Part shown: positions 38,996 to 48,863 of the stretch, piece by piece
How the letters are laid out: each line of letters opens with the position of its first letter
Numbering within the stretch: position 1 is the stretch's first letter
NCBI GenBank assembly: GCA_963719035.1
Contig: CAVRAO010000002.1
Coordinates: 448,001-512,000 of the forward strand
DNA from: Methanobacteriota archaeon
GTDB lineage: Archaea > Halobacteriota > Bog-38 > Methanoflorentales > Methanoflorentaceae
Direction: 5' to 3'
Length of the DNA: 64,000 nt
Notes under the pieces: generated by a model
Told to the model about the DNA's origin: nothing
Seen by the model: only the letters and a program-made list of their open reading frames with translations
Database searches by the model: none
Position numbers and translations under genes: made by a program

Positions 38996-39880
38996 TCACA
39001 GTAGTTTTGCGAGCAGTGGCTCAACGCTTATCTCGTGGGCATCGAGGCCCAACTCTTCAGGGTTCATGCCCTGTGCTAAGCCAAGAAGCTGGTTGTAGTG
39101 GAGAACCGGCAGGTCGTACACATCCCCAAACTTCTCCTTGATTTCAACCTGTCCACGATCTAACTGGAGGTGACAAAACGGGCAGACATTTACTACGACG
39201 TCTGCGTTTGCTTGCATCATATTGTAGAGCTTTTCGTTAACCATATCGAGCGCGAGATCGACCTTATACGATCGAACACCGCCTCCCGCCCCACAACACA
39301 TCATCTTTTCCTTGTAATCGACCGATTTGGCCCCTAGTGCCTCAACCAGCTCATCGAAGAATACCGGTCTTTCTGAAGAACCGAACGTCCTGTCGAACTT
39401 TGGCTTTAGCAAGTGACACCCGTAGTGAATGGCCACGTTCAAGCCGGTCAGTGGCAGTTCAACCGATTCCTTCACTTTCTCAGTTCCGACATCGTTGTAT
39501 AGAATGTCGATTAGGTGTCGAACCTCAATTGATCCTTGAAACTCAGTATCTATGTTTGCAAGAATCGAATTGATTTTGTCCTTCAACTCCGGATTGCCTT
39601 TAAGCCGGTGATTCGCCTCGAACAGCGACTTATAACAGCCGTTACATATTAGGGCTATGTCTTTGCCTTCCTTTTCAGATAGGCAAATATTTCGCGCTCC
39701 GAGCGCAAGCCACGCATCCACATCCATTGATCCGAATGCGCCAGGTGCGGGGCAGCACGACGCTCCTTTGAAATCTTGTAGATCGATATCGAACTTTCTT
39801 GAAGTCTTCACTGCAGACGATTCAATGCCGGGATATCTGTTAGGAGCGATACAGCCTAGGAAGAAATTATACTCCTTCAT
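38996..39880 (-). CDS. hdrB: heterodisulfide reductase subunit B
   Basis: CCPAPG, CNGC, HYGCH, CCGAGGG, CPFCHLQ. Confidence 0.95.
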   Translation of the reverse strand: MKEYNFFLGCIAPNRYPGIESSAVKTSRKFDIDLQDFKGASCCPAPGAFGSMDVDAWLALGARNICLSEKEGKDIALICNGCYKSLFEANHRLKGNPELKDKINSILANIDTEFQGSIEVRHLIDILYNDVGTEKVKESVELPLTGLNVAIHYGCHLLKPKFDRTFGSSERPVFFDELVEALGAKSVDYKEKMMCCGAGGGVRSYKVDLALDMVNEKLYNMMQANADVVVNVCPFCHLQLDRGQVEIKEKFGDVYDLPVLHYNQLLGLAQGMNPEELGLDAHEISVEPLLAKLL

Positions 39881-40434
39881 TGACTTTCCGCCTCCATCTC
39901 CTCTCTGATTTTAAGTAGTCCCGTAACCTCGAGTATCTTGTTAATGTCTTTAATGTACTCTGGGTACGTGTGTGTCGTCGGGGGGTTCTCGGGCAGTCCG
40001 AGCAAAACGCGTTTTTTCATGTTACCCTCGCTGTTCGGAACTCCGTGACCCGTCTTGGAGATCGCGCCCATGATCTTTATCATGCTCATCGGCACTTTGT
40101 GCTCCCGGGTCGCAATATTCCGCAGCGCAATGATAGCATCGGTTGCGATGATCCGGCGCGGGCACCTATCAGAGCACGTATAACACGTTGTGCAGAGCCA
40201 CAGGTCTGGATCGTCGAGCACCTCTCTCATGCCTAGATTAGCCTTTCTCATTATCGTTCTAACTCGCAGCCCGCTTCTTTGAGTCATTGGGCAGCCTGCA
40301 GTGCACGTTCCACACTGGTAACACATTTGCGCGTTCTTGCCGCCGCGGGCTTCGACCTCTTTGATGAGATCCGGGTCAAATTGAGTTTTACCAAGCTGAT
40401 AGTGCTTTGGGTCTCTCATTCCTTCGCTTGTCAT
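39877..40434 (-). CDS. hdrC: heterodisulfide reductase subunit C
   Basis: CYQCGTCTAGCP, CTTCYTCSDRCPR. Confidence 0.95.
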   Translation of the reverse strand: MTSEGMRDPKHYQLGKTQFDPDLIKEVEARGGKNAQMCYQCGTCTAGCPMTQRSGLRVRTIMRKANLGMREVLDDPDLWLCTTCYTCSDRCPRRIIATDAIIALRNIATREHKVPMSMIKIMGAISKTGHGVPNSEGNMKKRVLLGLPENPPTTHTYPEYIKDINKILEVTGLLKIREEMEAESQ

Positions 40435-40436
40435 CT

Positions 40437-41549
40437 TTATGTCCCCAGCTTTTCGATCGTCGGAGTCTTAAGCTCCATCATCTTGCCAGCCGTTTTCTTG
40501 TAAAGCTCCGTCTCCGTGCCTTCGATGTGTATCACGTCGCGCTTGACCTCAATCGTGTTAGCGACCGGACAAACGTTCACACAGGCACCGCAGAGCACAC
40601 AGAAGTCGTCGTTAACTTCAAGCTTCGCTGCGATTTCTCCGGGCTCTTTTTGAGGTGGCAAATACAGTGCGTTACACGGACAGATCTCTACGCATGCAGA
40701 ACATCCTGCTGGGCAGTTTTCCGTCTTTATGTCAATAGAGCCTTCAAAGATCTTCTTAATATCAATGGTGTTCTCGATAGGGCACGTCTTTGCGCACCAC
40801 GTGCAGAACATACACTCATCTTTGTTGATCGTGACCTCGCCCTGGAGCTTGGCCTCAGCGATCGTACGATCTATTTTTATTGAGTCCGTCGGACAGATCT
40901 CCTCACAGATCTTGCACCCATCGCACTCAGCAGAGTCAAACTTCACTTCGCCGGCTGCTTCGATGTTGATGGGGGTCGCCTCTTCATGCTCCACCGTCAA
41001 CGCGTCACAGATCTCACCACAAAGACCACAATAGGTGCACTTGTTTTCACTTCCCGGGTCCTCGTCGAGTTGCATCTCGGCGGTGTACGTGATCGCTTGC
41101 TGTCGCCCAGTGACCTCTGGCACGTTTCGCTCTATCGCGTTGTCGCGTGGACACATCTCTTCGCAAACCTTGCATCTCACGCACGTGTCTAGGTTTATCT
41201 CAGCTACCTTTAGGTAGTGTGGGAATCCTTCCTGGTCAATGAGATCGGTCTTCGGCTCACCGTTCTCGGTGAGTTTTAGCGCAGTAAATGGACACAATTC
41301 CACGCATACGCCGCAATATGAGCACTTCTTCTGATCGAAGACCATCTCGGGGACTTCCATCTCCTTAAAGCCCACAGCGCCGACTGGACCCTTCTCTATG
41401 GCCTCTTCTGGACATACTTCTTTACAAATGCCGCAGCCAGTACATCGCTCCATGTCAAGAGCGAGGTTGAGGACCTGTACCAGCGTTTTCTGTTCTATGA
41501 TCGATTTTCGTCCTTCCTCTCTTTTAGAGTATATCGGAAACAAAGCCAA
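40437..41549 (-). CDS. fwdF: polyferredoxin FwdF
   Basis: Eight CxxCxxCxxxC motifs. Confidence 0.9.
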   Translation of the reverse strand: MALFPIYSKREEGRKSIIEQKTLVQVLNLALDMERCTGCGICKEVCPEEAIEKGPVGAVGFKEMEVPEMVFDQKKCSYCGVCVELCPFTALKLTENGEPKTDLIDQEGFPHYLKVAEINLDTCVRCKVCEEMCPRDNAIERNVPEVTGRQQAITYTAEMQLDEDPGSENKCTYCGLCGEICDALTVEHEEATPINIEAAGEVKFDSAECDGCKICEEICPTDSIKIDRTIAEAKLQGEVTINKDECMFCTWCAKTCPIENTIDIKKIFEGSIDIKTENCPAGCSACVEICPCNALYLPPQKEPGEIAAKLEVNDDFCVLCGACVNVCPVANTIEVKRDVIHIEGTETELYKKTAGKMMELKTPTIEKLGT

Positions 41550-41564
41550 AGCTCATTCCCTCCT

Positions 41565-41789
41565 TTATTGTGTTAGCTGGATGCAATCTCTCGGACATGC
41601 CTGAAGGCAAACGCCGCACGCTTCGCAGACATCCTCGTCTACGGCGAGGGATTTGCCACCCTGCACTTTGTACGTCTTCTTGGTCGTCGCGGGCTCATCA
41701 AAGACGAGTTCAAGCGCGTTGACTGGACACGCCACGACGCAGTTGTTGCAGCCAGTGCAGCTCTTATCTATGTGTAACGCAAATGTCAC
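41565..41789 (-). CDS. fwdG: ferredoxin-like FwdG
   Basis: CTGCNNCVVACPVNALE and a second 4Fe-4S motif. Confidence 0.85.
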   Translation of the reverse strand: MTFALHIDKSCTGCNNCVVACPVNALELVFDEPATTKKTYKVQGGKSLAVDEDVCEACGVCLQACPRDCIQLTQ

Positions 41790-42542
41790 TTATTTCACCA
41801 GCCTCGTATCAACTAAAAAGTCAACTAGTTCACTCGTAGGTTCAAAATGTGTAATATAAAAAGCTTATTATTTCGTTCGATTATCAAAGCCATTTTGTCG
41901 CTTTAAACCTACCCATCACTTCGTTTAGCGCATCGACAAACGGCGTTCGCCGTTCCTCGTACGCTAGCATTCATATATTATTTAGTCTGATTATATATTA
42001 TTTACTTCAATAAATCAAATTCTCGCGTAAGTTTATACCTTTCAAAACTAGCGAATTAGCAAGATTTTTTAGGCATAAACTGCGTGTATTATTTTTAAAA
42101 ATATACATATATATATTTGTCATTTGAAGATGATAAAGCTGCTGGCAACGTCACCAACCCAGCAGCTAGTCACGTTCGTTTAACGATAAAGCGTCGAACT
42201 CGCGCGCCAAACGGGAAGTCTGTACGGTTTCAGCCCTTCCAGCGCGTTTAAAGAGCCAAGAATATCTCGCGTTCAAATAGAGCTATAACAATTTTATATA
42301 TTAGTAATTTCATATAAATACCTAGTTAGAATTGATAGCAGTTTTGGCACTTCGGTGTAGAATATTTTTGAATTGAACTTCTTTATAACATCTGTTCAAA
42401 ATATTTTATATAGAGGGAGCCAAAATACAAGTGGGTCAAGAGTGTGAGGCAATTTTGCATATCTCCGAGAGGTCATGGCTTATGTGACATTCTAATTGAC
42501 TCTCACTGCTTTTCCAGATTTTAGACACGAGGTGACTCATAA
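41790..42542. promoter_or_regulatory. AT-rich divergent promoter region for fwd-hdr-mvhD and mvhGA
   Basis: Several TATA-like boxes (e.g. TTTTATAT at 42404), direct and inverted repeats. Confidence 0.7.
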
Positions 42543-43451
42543 ATGGGAGATAAGGTAAAGGTCCAAGAAGACTGGCTAGCTGTTTGTTCTGGTTGCGAAA
42601 TAGCCGTTCTAGATCTGCACGAAGCGCTTCTAGATGTGCTGCAAGCAATAGAGTTCGTTCGCATTCCAGTTTTAATGGATATTAAGGACTTTGATCAACA
42701 TACTACGGTCGGCATACTGACTGGTGGCATTCGCAATGAAGACAACTTGCACGTTGCTCAGAAAGTTCGCGAGACTTCAGACATCGTAGTTGCGCTCGGC
42801 AGTTGCGCGGCGTTCGGTGGCGTTCCAGGTTTGAACAACATCAACGCGATGTCGGACATCAAACAAACAGTTAAGACGTCGGCATCCACAGCCCCTGATC
42901 AAGAGATACCGACATCACCAGAGCTTCCAAAGCTCTTTGACACGCTGAGACCTGTCTCGGACGTTATCAAAGTTGACTATTTCATCCCCGGATGTCCGCC
43001 AGATGCGTTCCTAATCGCGGAGGTGCTTACCGCGCTTCTAAAGGGCGAAGAACCTCAATTAAGCAATAAAAACGTTTGTGAGGACTGTCCCCGAGAGAGG
43101 AAGGAGAAGAGGATAACCGATATCAAGCGGCCCATTGAAGCAAACGGTGAAGGTAACGAATGTCTGCTTAACCAAGGATTCATGTGCATGGGGCCCGCAA
43201 CGCGCAGCGGGTGCGGCGCGCAATGTCCACAAGTCAATGCGACGTGTACCGGCTGCTACGGACCAACAGCATCTTCATATGAACAGGGTGCGGCGATGCT
43301 TAACGTAGTCGCATCAGCATACGGTTTAGATGATGATGATTCAGTCGACTTAAACGAGATGAATAAGGACGTCTATGATCCAATAGGCACCTTCTATCGA
43401 TATACGCTGCCTGTTTCACTTATTAAGGCGAAGGTCACCGAAAAGAGGTAA
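42543..43451 (+). CDS. mvhG: F420-non-reducing [NiFe] hydrogenase small subunit
   Basis: CSGCEIA, GSCAAFGG, IPGCPP, CMGPATRSGCGAQCP. Confidence 0.93.
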   Translation: MGDKVKVQEDWLAVCSGCEIAVLDLHEALLDVLQAIEFVRIPVLMDIKDFDQHTTVGILTGGIRNEDNLHVAQKVRETSDIVVALGSCAAFGGVPGLNNINAMSDIKQTVKTSASTAPDQEIPTSPELPKLFDTLRPVSDVIKVDYFIPGCPPDAFLIAEVLTALLKGEEPQLSNKNVCEDCPRERKEKRITDIKRPIEANGEGNECLLNQGFMCMGPATRSGCGAQCPQVNATCTGCYGPTASSYEQGAAMLNVVASAYGLDDDDSVDLNEMNKDVYDPIGTFYRYTLPVSLIKAKVTEKR

Positions 43452-44872
43452 TGAATATGGGAAAGAAAATCACTGTCGAACCCGTGTCGAGGGTCGAAGG
43501 TCACGCAAAAATTACAGTAAACCTTAACGACGCAGGACAGGTAGACGATGCACACGTGCACGTTATCGAGATGCGTGGCTTTGAAAAACTCCTACAAGGG
43601 AGGCCTATAGAAGACGCTCAGAGAATCGTGACGGCCATTTGTGGCATATGTCCTGTCAGCCATCACCTCGCTTCAGCGAAAGCGGCTGACAACACCTTTG
43701 GCGTTGAGATCCCACGTCCCGCTGCATTGCTCCGAGAGCTTATGCACATGGGACAGATGATTCACAGCCACACGCTGCACTTCTTTTACCTTGCGGCGCC
43801 AGACCTCATATTTACGCCCGACGGCGATCCAAAGAAGCGGAATGTCTTTGGTGTGATTGAGGCAAACCCTGAGCTTGCGACACAAGCAGTCCTCAATAGA
43901 AAACGAGGCCAAGAGATGATACGGGCTATTGGCGGAAGGGCTGCACCTATCACCGCAAAGCCTGGGGGACTCACTAAGGGGATCACCGAGGAACAGCGTC
44001 AGAAAATGCTCAAGGACGCCCAGGACTCGATTGAATTCACAAAGCTAGGCTTAGAAGTGGCTTCTCCAATATTCGAGCAATATATGGATGTCATAAAGAT
44101 GCTCGGAGTCGTCGAGACCCCCATGATGGGCTTAGTCAAGGACGGAAACCTCGAGATGTACGACGGAACGCTGCGTATGATGGATACCGACGGGTCGATC
44201 ATAAAGGAGTTTGATCCCACCAAATACGCGGACTACATTCAGGAGAATTATCAAGAATGGTCGTACCTGAAATTCCCGTATTGGAAGGAGAAGGGCTGGC
44301 CTGATGGCATCTATCGCGTTGCGCCCCTGGCCCGTATAAACGTGTGTGACAAGATTTCAACACCGCTAGCCAACGATATGCTCACAGACTTTAGAGCCGC
44401 TTTTGGAAGGATGCCACAGCAGACGTTACTATATCACTACGCAAGGCTTATTGAGCTGATGTACGCCAGCGAACGTGCTGTTGAACTCCTAAACGATCCA
44501 GATATAACCAGCACAGACGTTTGGGCAAAGCCCGAAGTGCGAGCGGCGACAGGCGTTGGTGTTCTTGAAGCACCGAGAGGGACGCTCATACACCAGTACA
44601 GCACAGACGATGAGGGCATCATAACGAATGCCAACATGATCGTTTCGACCGGTCACAACCAAGGAGCGATGGATCTAGGTGTTCGTGAGGCCGCAAAAGT
44701 CCTAATAAAGGACGGCGAACCATCGGAGGGCATGCTCAATCGGCTTGAAATGGTCATCCGTGCTTACGACCCGTGCTTCTCGTGTGCAACCCACACGATT
44801 GACGGACGCTGGCCAGTCAAACTTGAACTTGTGGGACCCGACGGAAGAAAGAGAACGTACACCAACTACTAG
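43451..44872 (+). CDS. mvhA: F420-non-reducing [NiFe] hydrogenase large subunit (group 3c)
   Basis: RVEGH, ICGICPVSH, EAPRG, DPCFSCATH. Confidence 0.95.
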   Translation: MNMGKKITVEPVSRVEGHAKITVNLNDAGQVDDAHVHVIEMRGFEKLLQGRPIEDAQRIVTAICGICPVSHHLASAKAADNTFGVEIPRPAALLRELMHMGQMIHSHTLHFFYLAAPDLIFTPDGDPKKRNVFGVIEANPELATQAVLNRKRGQEMIRAIGGRAAPITAKPGGLTKGITEEQRQKMLKDAQDSIEFTKLGLEVASPIFEQYMDVIKMLGVVETPMMGLVKDGNLEMYDGTLRMMDTDGSIIKEFDPTKYADYIQENYQEWSYLKFPYWKEKGWPDGIYRVAPLARINVCDKISTPLANDMLTDFRAAFGRMPQQTLLYHYARLIELMYASERAVELLNDPDITSTDVWAKPEVRAATGVGVLEAPRGTLIHQYSTDDEGIITNANMIVSTGHNQGAMDLGVREAAKVLIKDGEPSEGMLNRLEMVIRAYDPCFSCATHTIDGRWPVKLELVGPDGRKRTYTNY

Positions 44873-44886
44873 GTAAGATTAGAACT

Positions 44887-44931
44887 GATAAGGCATTTTT
44901 GCCTTATCTCCCCCTTCTTTTTTGTTTTTTC
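44887..44931 (+). terminator. mvhA terminator
   Basis: GATAAGGCA/TGCCTTATC hairpin followed by T tracts. Confidence 0.65.
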
Positions 44932-44964
44932 TCGTCTTTCGCTTTTAATAAAACATAGCCAAAG

Positions 44965-45945
44965 CTATCTGCAAGCGACGGCGCCGATACCCATAATGGT
45001 ATCCTGAGCGAAATCCCACACAACGACCGTTTCTGCGTTGTTCGTTATCTCAAGCTTCCTTGTTCCAGTAATTTCGCCAATTTTGGCCGCGGCAATGCCG
45101 GCTTCCTCGAAGATGGCCACTACCTTGCGCACGTTCTCTGGTTGAGCTGTCACTACAAATCCCATTCCTGGGTACATGCGGAGCCACAGGTGCATATCCA
45201 TGCCGTCGGGGATCGGAATTTGATCAAGTTGAATTAAAGCGCCTTTTTCGGAGACTTCGAGCAGCATAGCTAGTGTCCCGAGCAAACCCGGATTGCTGAT
45301 GTCCTTGCCTGCTGTCGCTAAGTGTTGTTGCGCCAGGTGAGGCATGGTTTCCAACTGTCTGCGGAGGATTTCAGAATGTTTCATCGAGGTAGTATCCCAA
45401 CACAGACTACACGAGGGATGAACGCGACCATCCAAGTCAACGGCAGCAATGACGTCGTGTCCTTCCTGAGCGGTGCAGCTATAAATGAGCGAGTCGGTCT
45501 TTGCTGTTCCGATAATAGCAACGTCGAGTGCGTTGTAACTCGTATCGGGGTGCACATGCCCGCCAACGACTGGCACGCCGAATTTTCTTATCGCTTCGCT
45601 CATCCCCGCCAAGACTCGATTACAGACTTCGGTCGAATTCGCCGAGAATACGTCGACCATTGCAAGCGGGGTGCCCCCCATCGCCAAAATATCGTGAATG
45701 TTCACGAGCACGGCGCAGTAGCCCGCCCATTCGGGATCTGCATCCATAAGCCTTGACCAAATACCGTCAGCAGCTAACAAGAGCGACTCATCGCCGCGTT
45801 TGATTACAGCTGCATCCTCCCCGAAATTGCCTGTACTAAGATCCTCATCGAACCATTTCACGAGCGGACCTATTGCGCGCTTCCGTGCGACGCCTTCAAA
45901 ATCACGAAGCGACTGCGCCAGTTCGTCCAGTTTCATATCGTTCAC
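44965..45945 (-). CDS. methanogenesis marker protein 2 (AIR synthase-related)
   Basis: GEDAAVI, LAADGIW, DILAMGG, GGHVHPD, KDISNPG. Confidence 0.85.
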   Translation of the reverse strand: MNDMKLDELAQSLRDFEGVARKRAIGPLVKWFDEDLSTGNFGEDAAVIKRGDESLLLAADGIWSRLMDADPEWAGYCAVLVNIHDILAMGGTPLAMVDVFSANSTEVCNRVLAGMSEAIRKFGVPVVGGHVHPDTSYNALDVAIIGTAKTDSLIYSCTAQEGHDVIAAVDLDGRVHPSCSLCWDTTSMKHSEILRRQLETMPHLAQQHLATAGKDISNPGLLGTLAMLLEVSEKGALIQLDQIPIPDGMDMHLWLRMYPGMGFVVTAQPENVRKVVAIFEEAGIAAAKIGEITGTRKLEITNNAETVVVWDFAQDTIMGIGAVACR

Positions 45946-46018
45946 AAAACATTAATAGACATAGGGGGTTCTTATATCCTTATACCGCTTTATCTCCTGA
46001 TTTCTGCGCTCAATTTCT

Positions 46019-47782
46019 ATGGACTTAGTCGAAAAATACCGTCCGCGCACTCTTTCAGAAGTAAGAGGCAACCGCAAAGCTTTGGAAGAGCTGCGCAAAT
46101 GGGCATTAAACTGGCCGTCTGACAAATCAGCAGCGTTGCTGTACGGCAGGCCTGGCACAGGTAAGACCTCTGCTGCCATCGCCCTGGCAAATGACATGGG
46201 ATGGCAGTTACTGGAGCTCAATGCGAGCGACAAGCGGACGCAAGGAATGGTCACAGAAACGGCAGGAGAAGCGTCAAAAAACGCATCGCTTCTCCATGCA
46301 AAGAAACTGATACTCCTTGATGAGATTGATAACCTGCACGGTACTTCTGACCGTGGCGGCGCAAAGGCGGTCACCGAACTGGTCAAAAAAACACGCGAAC
46401 CGGTAATCCTGACAGCGAACGATCTCTACGGCGTCTCATCGACGCTGCGCCGATACTGCACACAAATTCCCTTTTTCGCCATCAAAGAGGAAAGCGCACA
46501 AAAAGCACTTCTAGATATTTGGTATAACGAAAAAAGAGAAGCGCTCCGTGCCCAAGAAGCTGTTGCTGACCTGATGGGTCACCTCGAGGAGCCAGAGCAG
46601 ATTCGAAACAATGCAGCTAAGCTCGCGGTAATTAGAGCTTATCTTGAGCTTCTCGCGCAACTTAGCGCTGACCTCAAAGTCCTTGAGAAGATTTCCGACG
46701 CTAAGGATGCCGTTTCTAACCTGATAACCCACCTTGAAGAGGCACAACATGCCCCAAACGATGCAATTGGGCTGAAGGCCATCAGCGCTGATTTAAATGT
46801 ACTAACAGACTTTTTTTTTGAGCTCGGAATACTGCGAGAGGCGGTCTCGGACGTTAGTCACTCGTTAGACACAGTCAATCTGCCCTCGATCGAACTAATC
46901 GTGAAGAACTCTAAAGGTGATCTGCGATCAGCAATCAACGACTTTCAAGCTTTCATCGGCGGAGCCACTGGAGAGACCGCAGCCCGTGATCGAGCTGAGT
47001 CCACGTTTAACCTGATGAGAAGCGTCTTTAGTGATCGGGACGCTAAAATGCCGCTCATCATCTCATATGCAGTCGATGAAACCCCAGAAGACCTTGTTCA
47101 CTGGATAGACGAAAACCTTCCACGCGCGTTAAAAGGGAAGGGACTAGCGCGCGCATTTCAGGTCTTAAGCAAGGCTGACATATATCTCGGACGAACCAGA
47201 AAGCGGCAAAACTACGGCCTATGGAAATATGCTAATGAACTCATGACCTCAGGCGTAAACGTAGCTGCTCGCACAAACCACGACCAAAGCACTACTGCAG
47301 CTAAATATTCGCCCCCTACCCATTGGATGCGTCTCGGACAAACACGCTCCAAACGTGGTTTGCGGGACGGCGTCGCGTCAAAAATTGCCTCCACAAACCA
47401 CATCTCTGTCACTCGGGCACGAGAAGAAATTCTTCCACTGTACAGAGAGCATGCGCTAAGAGATCCAGCTAAGATAACTGCAGCACTAAGTCTTAATGCT
47501 GACGAGCTTTCGTTCTTGATGGATGTCAAAAAAGACGCCGCTGCTGTAAAAAAGGGACTTAAAGATGCGGAACAACTAATCAGCGAAAGCATGCTCAGAG
47601 ATGGGCAAATCTCGAAGCATCGCTTTACACATTCCGACGCACCACAGCCCTCGTCTGAGAATCACACCGATTCAGCGTCTAAGCCGCGAATCCAGCATGG
47701 TAGTCAACAGGTCGCGGGTGACAGCAGCGAAAATCGAAGAAATGGCCCACATCACGGCCAAAAACACCTTGACGAGTTCTAA
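46019..47782 (+). CDS. rfcL: replication factor C large subunit with an internal insertion
   Basis: EKYRP, GRPGTGKT, ELNASD, DEID, GDLRSAIND, WIDEN. Confidence 0.92.
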   Translation: MDLVEKYRPRTLSEVRGNRKALEELRKWALNWPSDKSAALLYGRPGTGKTSAAIALANDMGWQLLELNASDKRTQGMVTETAGEASKNASLLHAKKLILLDEIDNLHGTSDRGGAKAVTELVKKTREPVILTANDLYGVSSTLRRYCTQIPFFAIKEESAQKALLDIWYNEKREALRAQEAVADLMGHLEEPEQIRNNAAKLAVIRAYLELLAQLSADLKVLEKISDAKDAVSNLITHLEEAQHAPNDAIGLKAISADLNVLTDFFFELGILREAVSDVSHSLDTVNLPSIELIVKNSKGDLRSAINDFQAFIGGATGETAARDRAESTFNLMRSVFSDRDAKMPLIISYAVDETPEDLVHWIDENLPRALKGKGLARAFQVLSKADIYLGRTRKRQNYGLWKYANELMTSGVNVAARTNHDQSTTAAKYSPPTHWMRLGQTRSKRGLRDGVASKIASTNHISVTRAREEILPLYREHALRDPAKITAALSLNADELSFLMDVKKDAAAVKKGLKDAEQLISESMLRDGQISKHRFTHSDAPQPSSENHTDSASKPRIQHGSQQVAGDSSENRRNGPHHGQKHLDEF

Positions 47783-48618
47783 GCACGACCGCTGGTAGTG
47801 CTCCCTGCCATTCGCTCGTTAAATCGCTTTAAAACCTGCACCATCACGCTATTTTGTAAAACTGCTTCTTGAATATGCTTCTGCGCACGTTTTTTAGCGT
47901 AAGCGTCCTCAACGAACTCTATGCCCGCATATTCTACGCGTGTAAGTATGAGTCCTGAAGCCGGCGCTGATCGGATCCCTTCAATGTGCATTTTTGGGTT
48001 CAACATGTTGCCAAACCACTCTGCGCTTTGTTTTCCATTTCCCACGAGCGTCAGGGCACTTACTAGTTTTCTCATCATGTTCCACACGAAACTGTCAGCC
48101 GCAACCTTGATCACAACACAGCCACCCGATACCCGAACATCAGACGAGAGGACCGTTCTGACAGCAGAGCGACGCTTATCCTGACTGAAATTTTGAAAAT
48201 CATGGACTCCGACTAAGAGATCAGAGGCTTCCCGCATTGCACTCACGTTGAACGGTCCATCGCACAAGAAATATTGATACTCACGCAAAACAGCATCACG
48301 TCGGGCATCGAACGTCTGAGATACGTCAGCCCGTGCCCACATCCAGATCTCATCCGGTAGGTGAGTGTTGATCAGACGAGGAACTGCTCGGCCGCGAGCT
48401 TCAGTTTCAAACGCTATGACTGCGTCAAGAGCGTGAACCCCTTTATCAGTTCTACCAGAGGCTGTAAAATGAGCGTCATCGATCTCTTCGATCAAATGCG
48501 CACCGCGCAGTGCTTCGACTACTGCCGCCTGTACTGTTGGTAGGCTTGGTTGCACTTGAAAACCGACATACTGAGTCCCAAGGTACGCAAGCCTCAGGGC
48601 AACTTTTGACTTTTCCAT
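47779..48618 (-). CDS. truA: tRNA pseudouridine(38-40) synthase
   Basis: GFQVQP, SGRTDKGVHA, HDFQNF. Confidence 0.93.
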   Translation of the reverse strand: MEKSKVALRLAYLGTQYVGFQVQPSLPTVQAAVVEALRGAHLIEEIDDAHFTASGRTDKGVHALDAVIAFETEARGRAVPRLINTHLPDEIWMWARADVSQTFDARRDAVLREYQYFLCDGPFNVSAMREASDLLVGVHDFQNFSQDKRRSAVRTVLSSDVRVSGGCVVIKVAADSFVWNMMRKLVSALTLVGNGKQSAEWFGNMLNPKMHIEGIRSAPASGLILTRVEYAGIEFVEDAYAKKRAQKHIQEAVLQNSVMVQVLKRFNERMAGSTTSGRA

Positions 48619-48863
48619 AGATCACTTCAGTTTATAGGGTATTCATGCCGCTTTAAAGCTTTCAACAATTGCACAGAACCATCCAAACAAAGTATCCTTT
48701 GCGGCCCTTACCTTTAGGCCGGTCAATTCAGTAGAGTCCGTGCGTTTCGACCGCACAAAAGCTGCACTAAACATAACAATTTATTTACCGGATACTCGTG
48801 ATTAGCATAAAAGGGCAGTCCATCAGGAGTTCACCCTGAGCTGCTTCTGCACGGGCAGAAAAA

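Noticed and set aside
32248-44872. Selenocysteine in Fwd/Hdr/Mvh subunits
   Set aside because: The usual Sec positions are Cys codons and there are no in-frame TGA codons
46535-46870. Intein in rfcL
   Set aside because: No N-terminal Cys/Ser block, no His-Asn-Cys/Ser/Thr end, no LAGLIDADG motif; helical repeat rather than Hint fold
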